Source of the DNA: Octopus sinensis
Taxonomy: Eukaryota
Assembly: GCF_006345805.1 (NCBI RefSeq)
Contig: NC_043005.1
Span: 42,036,001-42,100,000, forward strand
Direction of reading: 5' to 3'
DNA: 64,000 nt
Part shown: piece after piece, positions 1 to 12,648 of the stretch
Numbering within the stretch: position 1 is the stretch's first letter
How the letters are laid out: every line of letters starts with the position of its first letter
Translations under genes and position numbers: made by a program
The notes under the pieces: model-generated
Database searches by the model: none
Told to the model about the DNA's origin: nothing
The model's input: the letters and a program-made list of their open reading frames with translations, nothing else

Positions 1-143
1 TATTAAAACTTTTTTAAAATTCTGTGATACGACTGTACATGATCTTTAAAGAACTTTAATGAACTTTGGAAATCGTATGTTACTTAATTATCTACATTAC
101 TTATGAGTATAGCCTCAACCACTGGAGTCTAGAGAACTCACAT

Positions 144-237
144 GTATTTAGCTGATGAGTAGGGACACGTTTATATGCTGTAATTTTTGCAACTTTTAAT
201 AAAGCCTGTCCTTGTATGAAACGATTGTACTAAAAAC
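144..237 (+). ncRNA. Type I hammerhead ribozyme motif
   Basis: Helix I GTATTTAG(144-151)/CTAAAAAC(230-237), 7 of 8 bp; core CTGATGA 152-158; helix II GT-AGGGACA/TGTCCTT-gt-AT with a long loop; GAAA 218-221; near-palindromic helix III ACGATTGT; GUA cleavage triplet 227-229. Confidence 0.75.
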
Positions 238-385
238 CTATCCATTCTTGTTGCTTCTTTCTCGCTTATAATCACCCCACAGTACTGTATTGTTAAAACA
301 GTATAGTTTTTTTTGGTGCATTAAGTTAGGTACATATTCAAGTAAATTCATTTAATTTAACTTGAATCTTTATTGATTTTTGTAT

Positions 386-420
<35 letters not shown>

Positions 421-552
421 ATATATGTATGCATGTATATGTATATGCTCCGTAGCGCGATGTGTTTGTATAATATGTAGTAAATATGGAGTGCTGTGTG
501 TGTAAATTCCTATGTTGATCTTTGGTACTTCTGCTGATTTTAACCATCACAG

Positions 553-632
553 CTGAGGTTATATTTGAGCACCGATTGTATTTATTGAAAGATGGACAGA
601 TAATAAGGAAACTTCCCTTTCGCGTTGATAAA
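553..632 (+). CDS. Internal exon of an uncharacterised gene: (x)EVIFEHRLYLLKDGQIIRKLPFRVDK
   Basis: Acceptor ttttaaccatcacag, donor AAA|gtaagc; open frame phase 1 to 0, in phase with exon 2749-2982. Confidence 0.55.
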
Positions 633-1172
633 GTAAGCTTATATGTCTGAGGCGACATCATTGATCCTATATAAGAAGACTATGATAATATTGGTTTCTC
701 TAATACGGTTGCTTCTGGAAAAGAAAAAAAAGATAACAGGAAAGGAAAGGAAAGGAAATAGTAGAAAAATATTCCAATAAAGAATATATGCATGAAAAGA
801 ATCCCACGATGCTTGAAGTAGACATAAAAATAGGCATAAAAATAACAAGACCGATGAAGAGTGAAAAATAAATATTAAATATTTTTGCGCATTTAAATAT
901 ATTCCTGCGTCCGTTGTATGTGTGTACGTATGTGTATGTATATGTATGTATGTATATATATATATATATGTATATATATGTATATATATATGTATATATA
1001 TATATACATATGTATACATATATGATTTTGTGTGCGCCGCTGTGCGTATATAGATATATAGGTCTGTGTCTGTGTATATCATGCATGTGTACACATATAC
1101 GCACAAACAAGCACGTGACTCGCACGCGCGCACGCACACATATACATATCTATAACTATATATATGTATGAT

Positions 1173-1214
<42 letters not shown>

Positions 1215-1377
1215 ATGTGTGTGCGTGTGTTTGTGCGTATGTATGTATGTAGACATACTTACATGCCTGTATTTATATATTCGTGAATTTGTATGTGTGT
1301 GAATTGTACGCATTTAATGCACACACACACACACACAAGATTGATACATATATACATTCACTATATATATATATATA

Positions 1378-1607
1378 CTCTTTTCACTCTTTTACTTGTT
1401 TCAGTCACTTTAAAGCACCGCCTTTAGTCGAGCAAATCGACCCCAGGACTTATTCATTGTAAGCCTGGTACTTATTCTATCGGTTTCTTTTGCCGAACCG
1501 CCAAGTTGGGGGCGTAAATACACCAGCATCGGTTGTCAAGTAATGTTGGGGGAAAACACAGACACACAAACACACACAACACACACACACACACACACAC
1601 ACACCAC

Positions 1608-1640
<33 letters not shown>

Positions 1641-1813
1641 TACATATATACATATATACGACGAGCTTCTTTCAATTCGGGCTTCACTCACAATGCTCTG
1701 GTCGACCCGAGGCTATAGTAGAAGACACTTGCCTAAGGTCCCACGCAGTGGGAGTGAACCCGGAACCATGTGGTTTGTAAGCAAGCTACTTACCACACAG
1801 CCGCTCCTACGCC

Positions 1814-1814
<1 letters not shown>
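1378..1814 (-). mobile_element. tRNA-derived SINE, family D (head aggcgtaggagtggctgtgtggtaag, internal microsatellite)
   Basis: Full length; homologous to copies at 4655-5030, 20377-20770 and 41375-41730; internal (CA)/(TA) tract and (ttttactc)-like tail. Confidence 0.9.
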
Positions 1815-1872
<58 letters not shown>

Positions 1873-2748
1873 TGACCAACGATAAAGGGCTAATATTGGT
1901 AAAATGAGACATACTTGTCGACATGGCCGAAACAGCTGTAAGATGTAATTTATACTTATATTTATATTTACTTATATTTATATTCTATTTTATATATATT
2001 CTACTTATTATACAACATTACTCTTTTATGTACACTTTTTTATGTACATTCCTTTATGTACACTGATTTGTTCTGCTTTTTATATTTAACCCTTCAGTCT
2101 CTTATATGGTGGTTTAATAAAGTATGTGATTGAGTATTATCTGGTAATTGATATTTGATTTAGATGTATTTCTCCATTTTCTTATCTTGTATATATATAT
2201 ATATAGTAGAAATATGTTATAAAAAGAAAATATAAAATACACGTTGAAATGTAAGGGTAAAATATGAAAACCAACGAAAATGCACATTGCAAATAAAAAA
2301 AGGCTATTTGTGACAGGTAACGACAAATATATACATTTAGATTGACTGGGGTAGTAATACGAGTCATAAAGTCATTATTATGAGATGATTATAAGATGAT
2401 AATAAAGTAAGAGAACAAAACGGACCATGGTTTACGCAAAGCTATTCATCGTATATATATATATATATCTGTATTTATGTCTTTTCGTAGTAAATATCTT
2501 CCTTTTTGTTTTCTCTATATCTCGATAACACTTCTATTTCATTTTTTCACGCATCTAACTTTAGCCCTATAGCTACTATGAAATTTGTATAGTGAGCTTG
2601 ACTTTTTCACTCCTGTTCCTAGGAACCTCTGTTGAGTACAACAAGGAATTGTTCAAATCCATAATTCTTTTTAATAGTAAACCTAGTGAGCTTAACCTCT
2701 TACAATAACTTGGCAAATTAATTAGTATAATTTTATATGATGGTATAG

Positions 2749-2982
2749 CATAACATTACAAGAAAATCTGTACAGACAATTCCTAAGAAGTTACGAAATA
2801 CTTGCAAAAGCCTGAAGCATTTTAATTCTGATCTCTTATCTCTTGTTGAGAAGTCAATGAATTGGGGCTTTAAAACGGTTACAGCAATCGACATTATGTT
2901 ATTGATTTACCGATCTGCTCATGTGACAGATGTCTGTCATCTTGGAGACTTTCACGGTATATTTTATCTACAAATCAATAAA
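2749..2982 (+). CDS. 78-codon exon HNITRKSVQ...SMNWGFKTVTAIDIMLLIYRSAHVTDVCHLGDFHGIFYLQINK; hypothetical protein, possibly an SGNH/PC-esterase-like C-terminus
   Basis: 234-nt stop-free frame in AT-rich DNA, bounded exactly by tag| and AAA|gtatga, phase 0 to 0. The family guess rests only on an FN...ID...DxxH pattern. Confidence 0.6.
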
Positions 2983-3138
2983 GTATGATCTAGCTTAACA
3001 AAAATATTGGAAAGTTTTCTGATCCGTTTGAATATATATCATTTTCTTAAAACAGGAAGAGCGTTTGAGACTATTTGTGGAAATACAGAATACACTATAT
3101 GTATTATTTTCATTAATAGTTTAAAAGTTGTTATATCC

Positions 3139-3193
<55 letters not shown>

Positions 3194-3233
3194 CTATTGA
3201 TAGGTGATGTTATAAGTTCTCTAATTTCTACAG

Positions 3234-3323
3234 ACACTTTACCTTTATAAAAGTTTCAAAGATGTATTAAGTGTATTACCTCAGACCAAGAACAGCATTT
3301 TCAATTCGCACTTTTCGTTGTAG
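3234..3323 (+). CDS. Probable terminal exon TLYLYKSFKDVLSVLPQTKNSIFNSHFSL*
   Basis: Acceptor ttctctaatttctacag; phase 0 matches the preceding exon; TAG at 3321-3323. Confidence 0.45.
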   Translation, partial: TLYLYKSFKDVLSVLPQTKNSIFNSHFSL

Positions 3324-3787
3324 CATCACTAATACGAAACGATATGATGGTGAAACGCAATGGCGTTCAATGTTTTATACATATAGATATTAAATACTAA
3401 TTACATGGTCATTTCATAATGTTACTACATAATGTTACTACATAATGTTACTATTTTGTTACTACCAAACGCATTTATGTATTAACATTGCTCATTTTAG
3501 TTTAAATAATAAGGTATTAGAATTTAAAAAAAATTTCTATTATTCAGTTGATTCATTCTGATTACATTCTGAAAGACTGTACTTATATCTTATTTTTACC
3601 TGTTTTACAAGTATTCATTTTTGTATGTAGCTTATCATTTTTATCATCCTAGTTTCGTTAGTAATCTTGTTGCATTAGTTTGATATTTTAATACTTTCCT
3701 TGTTAGATATTTTAAATAATGGAAGCATTCATCTACTGCTCTTAACCCAGATGGTTTTTGATGTTTGTAAAATATTCGTTTCAAATT

Positions 3788-3932
3788 TCGGCATAGCACC
3801 AGCAATTTTGGCGAAGCGAATAACTCGATTACATTGAACTTGTACTTATTTTATCGAGTCAACTTCGGCGGCATTTGAATTCAAAACGTAAGGACGGACG
3901 AAATACGGCGAAATATTTCGCCTGGCGTGCTC
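3788..3932 (-). mobile_element. Decayed SINE, family A
   Basis: Diverged match to the family A head and core seen at 21934 and 49507. Confidence 0.7.
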
Positions 3933-4654
3933 GTTGCTTTTATGTAGGAAAATTTTTTTTTAAATAATAATATTGAATTAGAACTTAATAGCTTTTCCTC
4001 GTTCATCGTACTGACCACGATATGAGCTATATCTTCCAAGTTCCAAATTCACAAAACCTGTACTTTTTAAATGTTCAAATATAGTTCAGTAGATGTTTAT
4101 TTTTTAATGTGTTGGCAAGCATTTCGTAGCAGTTGCCAAACTAGAACTAATATGCGTATTATAACGATCTTGTGTGAATTTAGAAGTATTCACATATGAA
4201 GTGTTTCTTATCGGCATTATCACGACTGGAGTTAAATGAACCATGATGCGGGGTTTTAAAATAGTTCAGATCTGCCGTAAGTTCGATATTTATGATGGAG
4301 TGTATTTAAAGTGTTCTTTCCTACTCAAAGACACAGATCATGTACCAAGAGCTCATTCTGAGAATGAGGAAAGATTTCATGTCAGGTGTGTGAGGAAGAT
4401 AACTGAAGATAAGTGTATTAGTTTATCGATTTGCAGTGAAAAGAACTGTTAACATAGGAAAAAAGTAAATAAAGGTGAATTATACTCTGTTGAGTGGAGG
4501 ATCACTAAAATAGTCTTCGTTATAGCAAACTCAAAACAGATACTAGAGTAAGTTCACATACACAGGGGTATGGCATTCATCGGAAGGTTCATTGACAGAT
4601 ATTTTTAAAAATTGCTTTTTGAAATTAAAAGAACTAGAATAAATCAAGTTGAAC

Positions 4655-5030
4655 ATATCTTTCATCTTGTTTCAGTCATTAGACTGCGACCAAGCTGGGA
4701 AACCACCTTGAAGAATTTTTAGCCGAATGAATCGAGCCCAGTACATATTTTGTTAAGCGATACTTATTCTATTGATTCTGTTGATGAAGCGTTAGGTTAC
4801 GGGGACCTAAACACGCCAACTCCGGTTGTCAAGCGGTGGAGGGGAAGAAACACGGACACAAAGACGCACACACACAGACACACATATAGGACGGCATATT
4901 TCAGTTTTCGTTAACTAAATCCACTCACAAGGCTTTGGTCAACCTAAGGCCATAGTAGAAGACATTTGCCCAAGGTGCCACGCATTGGGCTGATCAGGGA
5001 ACCATGTGGTTAGAAAGTAAGCTTCTTACT
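4655..5030 (-). mobile_element. SINE family D, diverged
   Basis: Colinear homology to 1378-1814. Confidence 0.85.
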
Positions 5031-5883
5031 ACTAGAAATATATATCAAGTCATAACATATGTTGTATATATACATACCATTTGTATGTGCGCGTGAGCAA
5101 ACACGGAGACATTAATCGATTTCTGCATTAATTATGTTTGTTGACACGTTATAGTATTTTTAATATGATTTAATCAGAGAATCAGAGGAAAACAGCAGTG
5201 CATTCCTTTATCATGGCCTCTGAGACTTGTTGGACGAACTGGATGAACGAAACTAAGTTATCTTATGATTAGGCCCCAAATGTCAACTACGCTGAATAGG
5301 TGGCGCTATTGATCCAATTGATAGATTACGGTTCAAGATCAGGAATTTTCGATAGTTTCATTAAGATGCTTCCCTTTAACTATTTTGGTACATTGTCTTT
5401 TTTCATTTTCACTCCTTTCTGTTTTTTTCTTTCAAATGTGTTGATTGTCAGCTTTAAAATACGAGATTTCCGTAACAATCCTTGTTATTTGAATCATGAG
5501 TTACGTGGAATAAGCTTATAAATCACATTGCGTTTGGTAACTTAAATAACTTTCTCGGCCAACATTTGGCCCAAGCCGTGTCTAACTTGATAGCACTCCC
5601 TGAAATTTTGCTTTGATGAATGAGAACTGGTTGTAAAACTTATTCATAACTTTTTTTTATTTAATATGGTAGGTTACATTTTTTCTTTCCATTCCTCATT
5701 TCGTTTCATTCCTCACACCCCAGCGAACAATAGACACAAAGAAAAAATTATTTAGAAAATAGTGTTGTTGCCTTGTCATAAAACTGAAGAATTTATATGG
5801 TATATTAATGGCTGGCATAATTTCATATCTTCAATGAATGCATTCATCATACACACAAAAGAGAATTAGTAATTAATATAAAC

Positions 5884-6035
5884 AAGGCGGTGAGCTAACA
5901 GAATCATTAGCAAGCCGGACTAAATGTTTAGCGGCATTTCGTTCGTTTTTACGTTGAGTTCATATTCCGACTTTGCCTTTCATCCCTTCGGGGTCGATAA
6001 AATAAGTACCAGTTGGGCAATGGGTACTGAGTGGA
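5884..6035 (+). mobile_element. SINE family A, partial
   Basis: ggcggtgagct head and cctttcatcccttcggggtcgataaaataagtaccag core. Confidence 0.8.
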
Positions 6036-6284
6036 TATAGTTAGCATTCAGCCGTACAAGTTAGTTTGCAACGGATCTTTACTCCCTTTTCAAATAAACA
6101 TACTTCAGAAGGTGAACGAATATATTCCAGCAGTATATATCTAATAACATCCGTATATTCCACAGAACTCGGACAAACCTATACGTCAATACAAAAGATT
6201 AGTATTTCATGCTATGTGGGCAAACGACAGTATCTACCAACTCATAAATAAATAATTTGATATCTACATACCGGAAAATTGAAC

Positions 6285-6859
6285 TATCTTTTATCCTTTA
6301 TCTTTTACTAGTTTCAGACATCAGGCTGTAGCCATGTTGGGCGACTGTCTTGAAGAATCATTACCTGAATAAATCGACCGCAAGACCTATTTTATTTAAA
6401 AGCTTGAAACTTATAAGATCGATTTCTTAGGGTGAACCACTAGGTTATGGGGACGTAAAAACGCCAACTCCAGTTGTCAGACGGTGTGGGAGACAATCAC
6501 ACATGAACATTATACTACGGCACTCCGTCGGTTACGACGACGAGGGTTCCAGTTGATTCGATCAACGGAACAGCCTGCTCGTGAAATTAACGTGTTCTCG
6601 AGGAGATTCAGCGTGACACAGAGTGTGACAAGGCTGGCCCTTTGAAATACAGGCACAACAGAAACAGGAAAAAAGAGTGAGAGAAAGTTGTGGTGAAAGA
6701 GTACAGCAGGGTTCGTCACCCCACTACCGGAGCCTCGTGGAACTTTAGGTGTTCCCATTCAATAAACACTCACAACTCCCGGTCTGGGAATCGAAACCGC
6801 TATCCTACGACCGCAAGTCCACTGCCCTAACCACTGGGTCGTTGCGCCTCCACGCGCAT

Positions 6860-6900
<41 letters not shown>

Positions 6901-6935
6901 GTTTATGTATGACGGGCTTTTTCTGTTTTCAGTAT
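6285..6935 (-). mobile_element. SINE D with a SINE B (6515-6853) nested in its internal microsatellite
   Basis: D 3' half at 6285-6503, B copy flanked by cattata, D sequence resumes at about 6911 (gacgggctt). Confidence 0.8.
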
Positions 6936-8237
6936 ATATACATTTTTGTGACGAACGACACACATAGAGACAGAGGTAGGCTTCAGGTGCGCGTTAATGT
7001 ATGTGTGTGTGTCTTAGTTAATGTATGTAACTTTATCCCGCCCAACAGTGAAACGCGCCGATATTGAAAGTTTAGTTGTGACCTGGACTTTAAACGAACA
7101 ATAGCGTCCACTTTGAAGTACTATCAACATAAAGATTTGGCTGATTTAACACCACTCACAATACTTGCAAATATATCTTTCAATATAATTACAAATAGGT
7201 TATTCCACTCCTTCTAACCAGTTTTAAGATAATGTTCTAACAGTTCTTGTATTCTTCATCACTGTGAGTATCAACGTCACACAACCTTTTTACTGTGTTA
7301 GTCAGTATTTATTTTACAGCCTATATCGTTACACAGTTCAAAAACATGTAGTAATGTCAAATTAATTTCTTGCTACATGCATCTTTCAGCAAATATTTCA
7401 AATTAACGTTACAACAACAGCATCTTCCTTTCTATACACTTGATTCGGCGTTCGTTTCAAAATTGTAAAATAAATTATTTTTGTATGAAAAATTGAATTA
7501 TGCTTTCTGAATTTTCTTGGACTTTCACTTTCTTCATCGTGATATTCAATCGTGAATTTTATAAAATTTAATACATGTTCCAAATAAATGTTGAATTTCC
7601 GTACTTTCTTACATTAGTGACGCTTAGTAACTTTTGCTAAATTGCTGACTTACCAATTTTTTATAACGTAACTATGCTTCAGAAAGTATGTTTTGCACCT
7701 ATATTGATTACATTTCGTTTCGCTTGAACTTCGTATGTGTACATTTGGCTGTTTTCAGTATTATCAATTCTATGGGTGCATTTATGCATTCTTTACGTCT
7801 ATAGCAAACAATAGTAAAGAACATTTACGATGTTTTAATGAGCTCACATCTAATGAAGTAGCCATCCTTACTTTCCACACACGCCTGGTTAATTTAATTC
7901 ATCCTTAGTCGAAAGACACCTGTTATAAATCTCATATTGTTTGTATTTGTAATTATGTACCATTCCTCCTTTTTCGTCCCTATTTACGTATACATTCGTT
8001 CGCTTTCTTCCAAGGAATCTAGTGTTCTTAGCTTAGATTTTCTTGAGGCCGGCCAAAATGGAGCAGTCTCGAGCGTAACCGGCCGAAACTGCAAGGATGA
8101 CCTGGAATTCGACTGATGATAGAAAGCTTCGAATGGCCCGTCCATATCTTTACCTGTCCTTTTTTGTATCGTCTAACTCTCCGGATGTTTTGTTGTCAGC
8201 TGTTACGTTCTTGTTTCATTTTCTGTTTTGTTTATAT

Positions 8238-8316
<79 letters not shown>

Positions 8317-8346
8317 TATATAAAGATATATAGATAAATAGATAGG

Positions 8347-8380
<34 letters not shown>

Positions 8381-8711
8381 CAAGGACATACATATCCATG
8401 TGTGTATATATATTCATATATGTATGCATATATACATATGTGTGTGTATGTGTTTGTGTGTGTATTTTTTTCTTGAAAATATTGATACGCATGGTTTACG
8501 CGTCAACCAAATGAGCAGCGATTCTTTGTTTTGTAGCATATATTGATGAAAAGTAATAGGTTTAATTATACCATAGCTACGAGCTCATTTCTAATTGTAT
8601 CTTATTTAGCTAGTCGGAGTTTGTAACAGGGTGAAGAATATGAGTTAGAATTCTATAAAATGAAAACAAAAAAGAAAAATATATTGACTGAAATAACGAT
8701 TGCTTCTGTAG

Positions 8712-8785
8712 AGGGTCCAAATTGATAGGAATGCATGTGACATCATTCCATGTATTCGAAGGCATTCAGGGCAATACATGAAAAG
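8712..8785 (+). CDS. Candidate exon RVQIDRNACDIIPCIRRHSGQYMK(R)
   Basis: Acceptor ttgcttctgtag, strong donor AAG|gtaaga, one open frame. Could be a pseudoexon, and the antisense frame is also open. Confidence 0.3.
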
Positions 8786-9232
8786 GTAAGAATAGCATTT
8801 CTAAAAGCTAAAAGCAAAAAATAAAGAAAGAAAGAAAAGTGACTGCAAAATATTTCCCCAATGACTGCATCTTGTGCAGCTGAATAGAGATTAACGCAGT
8901 TTGAGTCTTTAAAAATCCTAGTTTTCGGTCTATACCTCAAATATTGATATGACTGTTACCTCCCCCACCAAACATCACCGCCACCCACAGAATCTCCACC
9001 AATACCGCCACCACCATTAGCACTACAAACGTCGTCATCGTCATCATCATCATCATCATCACCATCCTCCCCCTCCTCCTCCACCTCATCATCATCATCC
9101 TCATCCTCTTTTAACCTCTTTTTTCCCCGTCGTATTGCCGTTCATGCTTATTGTGTTATTTGCATATTTCTTTAAACAATTGTTTCCGTATAAGTTCTTT
9201 CCTTGAACGTAAAATTTCTGACTGCCCATTCA

Positions 9233-9385
<153 letters not shown>

Positions 9386-10544
9386 TTATATGTCCGTGCA
9401 CATGCGCAGCAGTACTGTTTAGCTTGTAGAGATCTTCTATGTCGACTTCTGCTGCTCTAATTACTTAGTCATTTGTAAGCTAATTAAATAAGCCAGTCAG
9501 TCGTCAAGGTTTAAAATAATACTCATTTATCTTAATATCAGAAAACCGAAAAACTTCGAGTAAAAACTCTGTAGATTCGACACATAAATGAGAGAAAGAG
9601 AAAGTAACAAACAATTATATTACATTATCGGCTTTCATGGTTGTATGAAGGAATTGCTGAAGCTCAACATTATCAAAGAATTTCGATGTTAAATAGTTAC
9701 TTCGAGATCTTTACAAAATTGAATACCACTTCTTTTGTAATTGTTGTTGTTGTTGTTGTTGTTCATGTTGCTGTTTGTATTACTATTCTTATTGTTTTTG
9801 TTTTTAATTTTTTTATTTTATTTATAATAGATGTTTAGTGGATTAACTCCACATCTTAAACAGAGTGTTCGATCGCATTAATAGCTCGGCAAAAGTTGAA
9901 GCAAAAGAGTTTGCCGTGGAATGTTGTGTTTACAAAAATGAATAAATAAAGAAAGAAATAAATAAGGCGTTTGTGGTGGAAATTTTCCTTTCATATACCA
10001 TCGACATTGAACACTTTCTATCTCTTGCAGATCATCCTTTCCTTCCTATGTGGTTAAAATCAAAATTATTTCTATGTGATAATCTATTCACAGCTACTCT
10101 CAACAGATTATCATACAGTTGCGATTGACTGATATTTCTCAATGTCCTTCTGTGTCTCTACCTCATAGTTATCGCATTGTAAGACTCAACTCTTATATCC
10201 ACATTCATTGCTCCTTATAGATAACTTTAACTATCTATCTCTACAGTATATTCCTGTTCATTGTGTCAATTATCTATATCTATATCGGTCACTTAGTCGC
10301 TTCTATGATACATTTATTTCTATAGTTGAATATATCAGACTTGCTATTTCTGTTCCTCACTACGATTGTTGTCTAAATTTACGTGGTTTTTTTTATATCA
10401 TCATACCTGAATTGTGCATACACTTATATTTCAATTACATTCTCTCTGCAGTTCACATGTTCTCTCTCTCTCTCTCTCTCTCCCTCTCCCATTCACTCTC
10501 TGACTCACTGTTTCTGTATATAGGTGTGTATATACACGTACATA

Positions 10545-10545
10545 C

Positions 10546-10598
<53 letters not shown>

Positions 10599-10663
10599 CA
10601 TCCATCCATCCATCCATCCATCCATCCATCCATCCACCCATCCCTCCATCCATCCATCCATCC

Positions 10664-10694
<31 letters not shown>

Positions 10695-10743
10695 CATCCA
10701 TCCATCCATCCATCCACCCATCCCTCCATCCATCCATCCATCC

Positions 10744-10818
<75 letters not shown>

Positions 10819-10863
10819 CATCCATCCATCCATCCACCCATCCCTCCCTCCATCCATCCATCC

Positions 10864-10935
<72 letters not shown>
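10545..10935 (+). repeat. Compound (TATC)n/(TCCA)n microsatellite with higher-order repetition
   Basis: Alternating TATC and TCCA blocks with a recurring ccatccctcc variant. Confidence 0.95.
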
Positions 10936-11917
10936 ATCTATCTGTCTGTTTATCTGTATGTCTGTTTTTCTGTCTGTATGTATGTATGCCTCTGTGTAGG
11001 TATGTATATTTAGGTATCTACGTGAATATTTGCTGGGTTCAGATTTTTCAGATTTCTACTATTTAAATATTAGTTTGTTTTCTCTTTGACTGTTCAGAGA
11101 ATTTCCCCATATTCCTGTATTTATGTTATCAGAAATTATTGAAATACATTAACTTGTCCAAACTTCCCTTTCAGTAGTTCAATCAGAACTTTACTGTGCT
11201 AAATGCTGTTTCTACTTTACTCTTCGGATCATTTCGCTTTGATCGGCAGATTTTTAAAATAATTTCCTTGACACATTACGGCAGAAATCGTTTTCACCTC
11301 AATAGACGTCATTGTTGGTTGAAATTGCCGAAATGCAAGAAATTAAAGACCAAATATCTTACAAACTACAGAATTTTCTCAAGAAAGTCAAGAGAAAAAG
11401 ATGTTTTATAAACAGTATACGAAGTTTAAAAGTGTTTAGTTACAAAGAAATTATTTTAAAAATCTGCCGGTCAAAGCGAAAAGATCCTACTCTTCATCTA
11501 TACTAGATTCTGCCTCTTTTATTTGTACCTGTCTCTCTCTCTCTTTCTCTTTCTTTCTTTATGTGTATACATGTGTGTGTGTCTGCTTGTCTGTCTGTCC
11601 TATTTGTGTCTGCGTGTCTACATGTTTTTGTGTGCGCGTGTTTTAGCAAACAGCCGTACAAAGCGATCAGTCAATTCCAGCGAATCTAGTGATAACACAC
11701 AGACTCAGGTCACCGGAGACTAACAACTCGTGCATCTCGAGTAAGCTCTCGTACTGTTCAGAAGGCGCCGGATAGCCAGGCATGACCAGAACAACTTATT
11801 ATTGCATGTGAATTCCGATAATGGCGAGTGCCGCTGTGCATGTATTCATGTGGGATTAGTGTAGTTTCAATGGTGTTAATCTGGATGAGTTTACCTGTGA
11901 CTATGCGTTAATATATA

Positions 11918-11956
<39 letters not shown>

Positions 11957-11960
<4 letters not shown>

Positions 11961-12260
11961 AGCACTCCGTCGATTACGACGACGAGGGTCCCAGCTGATA
12001 CGATCAACGGAACAGCATGCTCGTGAAATTAACGTGCAAGAGCCTTCCACAGACATGTGTACCTTAACGTAGTTCGTAAGAAGATCTAGCGTGACACAGA
12101 GTGTGTCAAGGCTGAGCGGACTGGAGTGAACTGGAGCAACATGAAATAAAGTGTCTTGCTCAAGGACACAACGCGTAACCGGGAATCGAACTGACAACCT
12201 TACGATCATGAGCCCTAATCACTAAGCCACGCGCCCTCACACACACACACACACACACAA

Positions 12261-12291
<31 letters not shown>

Positions 12292-12599
12292 ATATATATA
12301 AAGAGCACTCCGTCGATTACGACGACGAGGGTCCCAGCTGATACGATCAACGGAACAGCATGCTCGTGAAATTAACGTGCAAGAGCCTTCCACAGACATG
12401 TGTACCTTAACGTAGTTCGTAAGAAGATCTAGCGTGACACAGAGTGTGTCAAGGCTGAGCGGACTGGAGTGAACTGGAGCAACATGAAATAAAGTGTCTT
12501 GCTCAAGGACACAACGCGTAACCGGGAATCGAACTGACAACCTTACGATCATGAGCCCTAATCACTAAGCCACGCGCCCTCACACACACACACACACAC

Positions 12600-12640
<41 letters not shown>
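11957..12640 (-). mobile_element. Tandem duplication (period 343 bp) of a SINE with family C head and family B tail, plus its (CA)n/(TA)n flank
   Basis: 11960-12238 and 12303-12581 appear identical by eye. Confidence 0.9.

Positions 12641-12648
<8 letters not shown>

Noticed and set aside
3413-3465. 13-bp tandem repeat cataatgttacta x3 in the putative 3' UTR; similar small tandems at 2022-2065 and 36680-36740
   Set aside because: Ordinary local slippage duplications with no sign of function.
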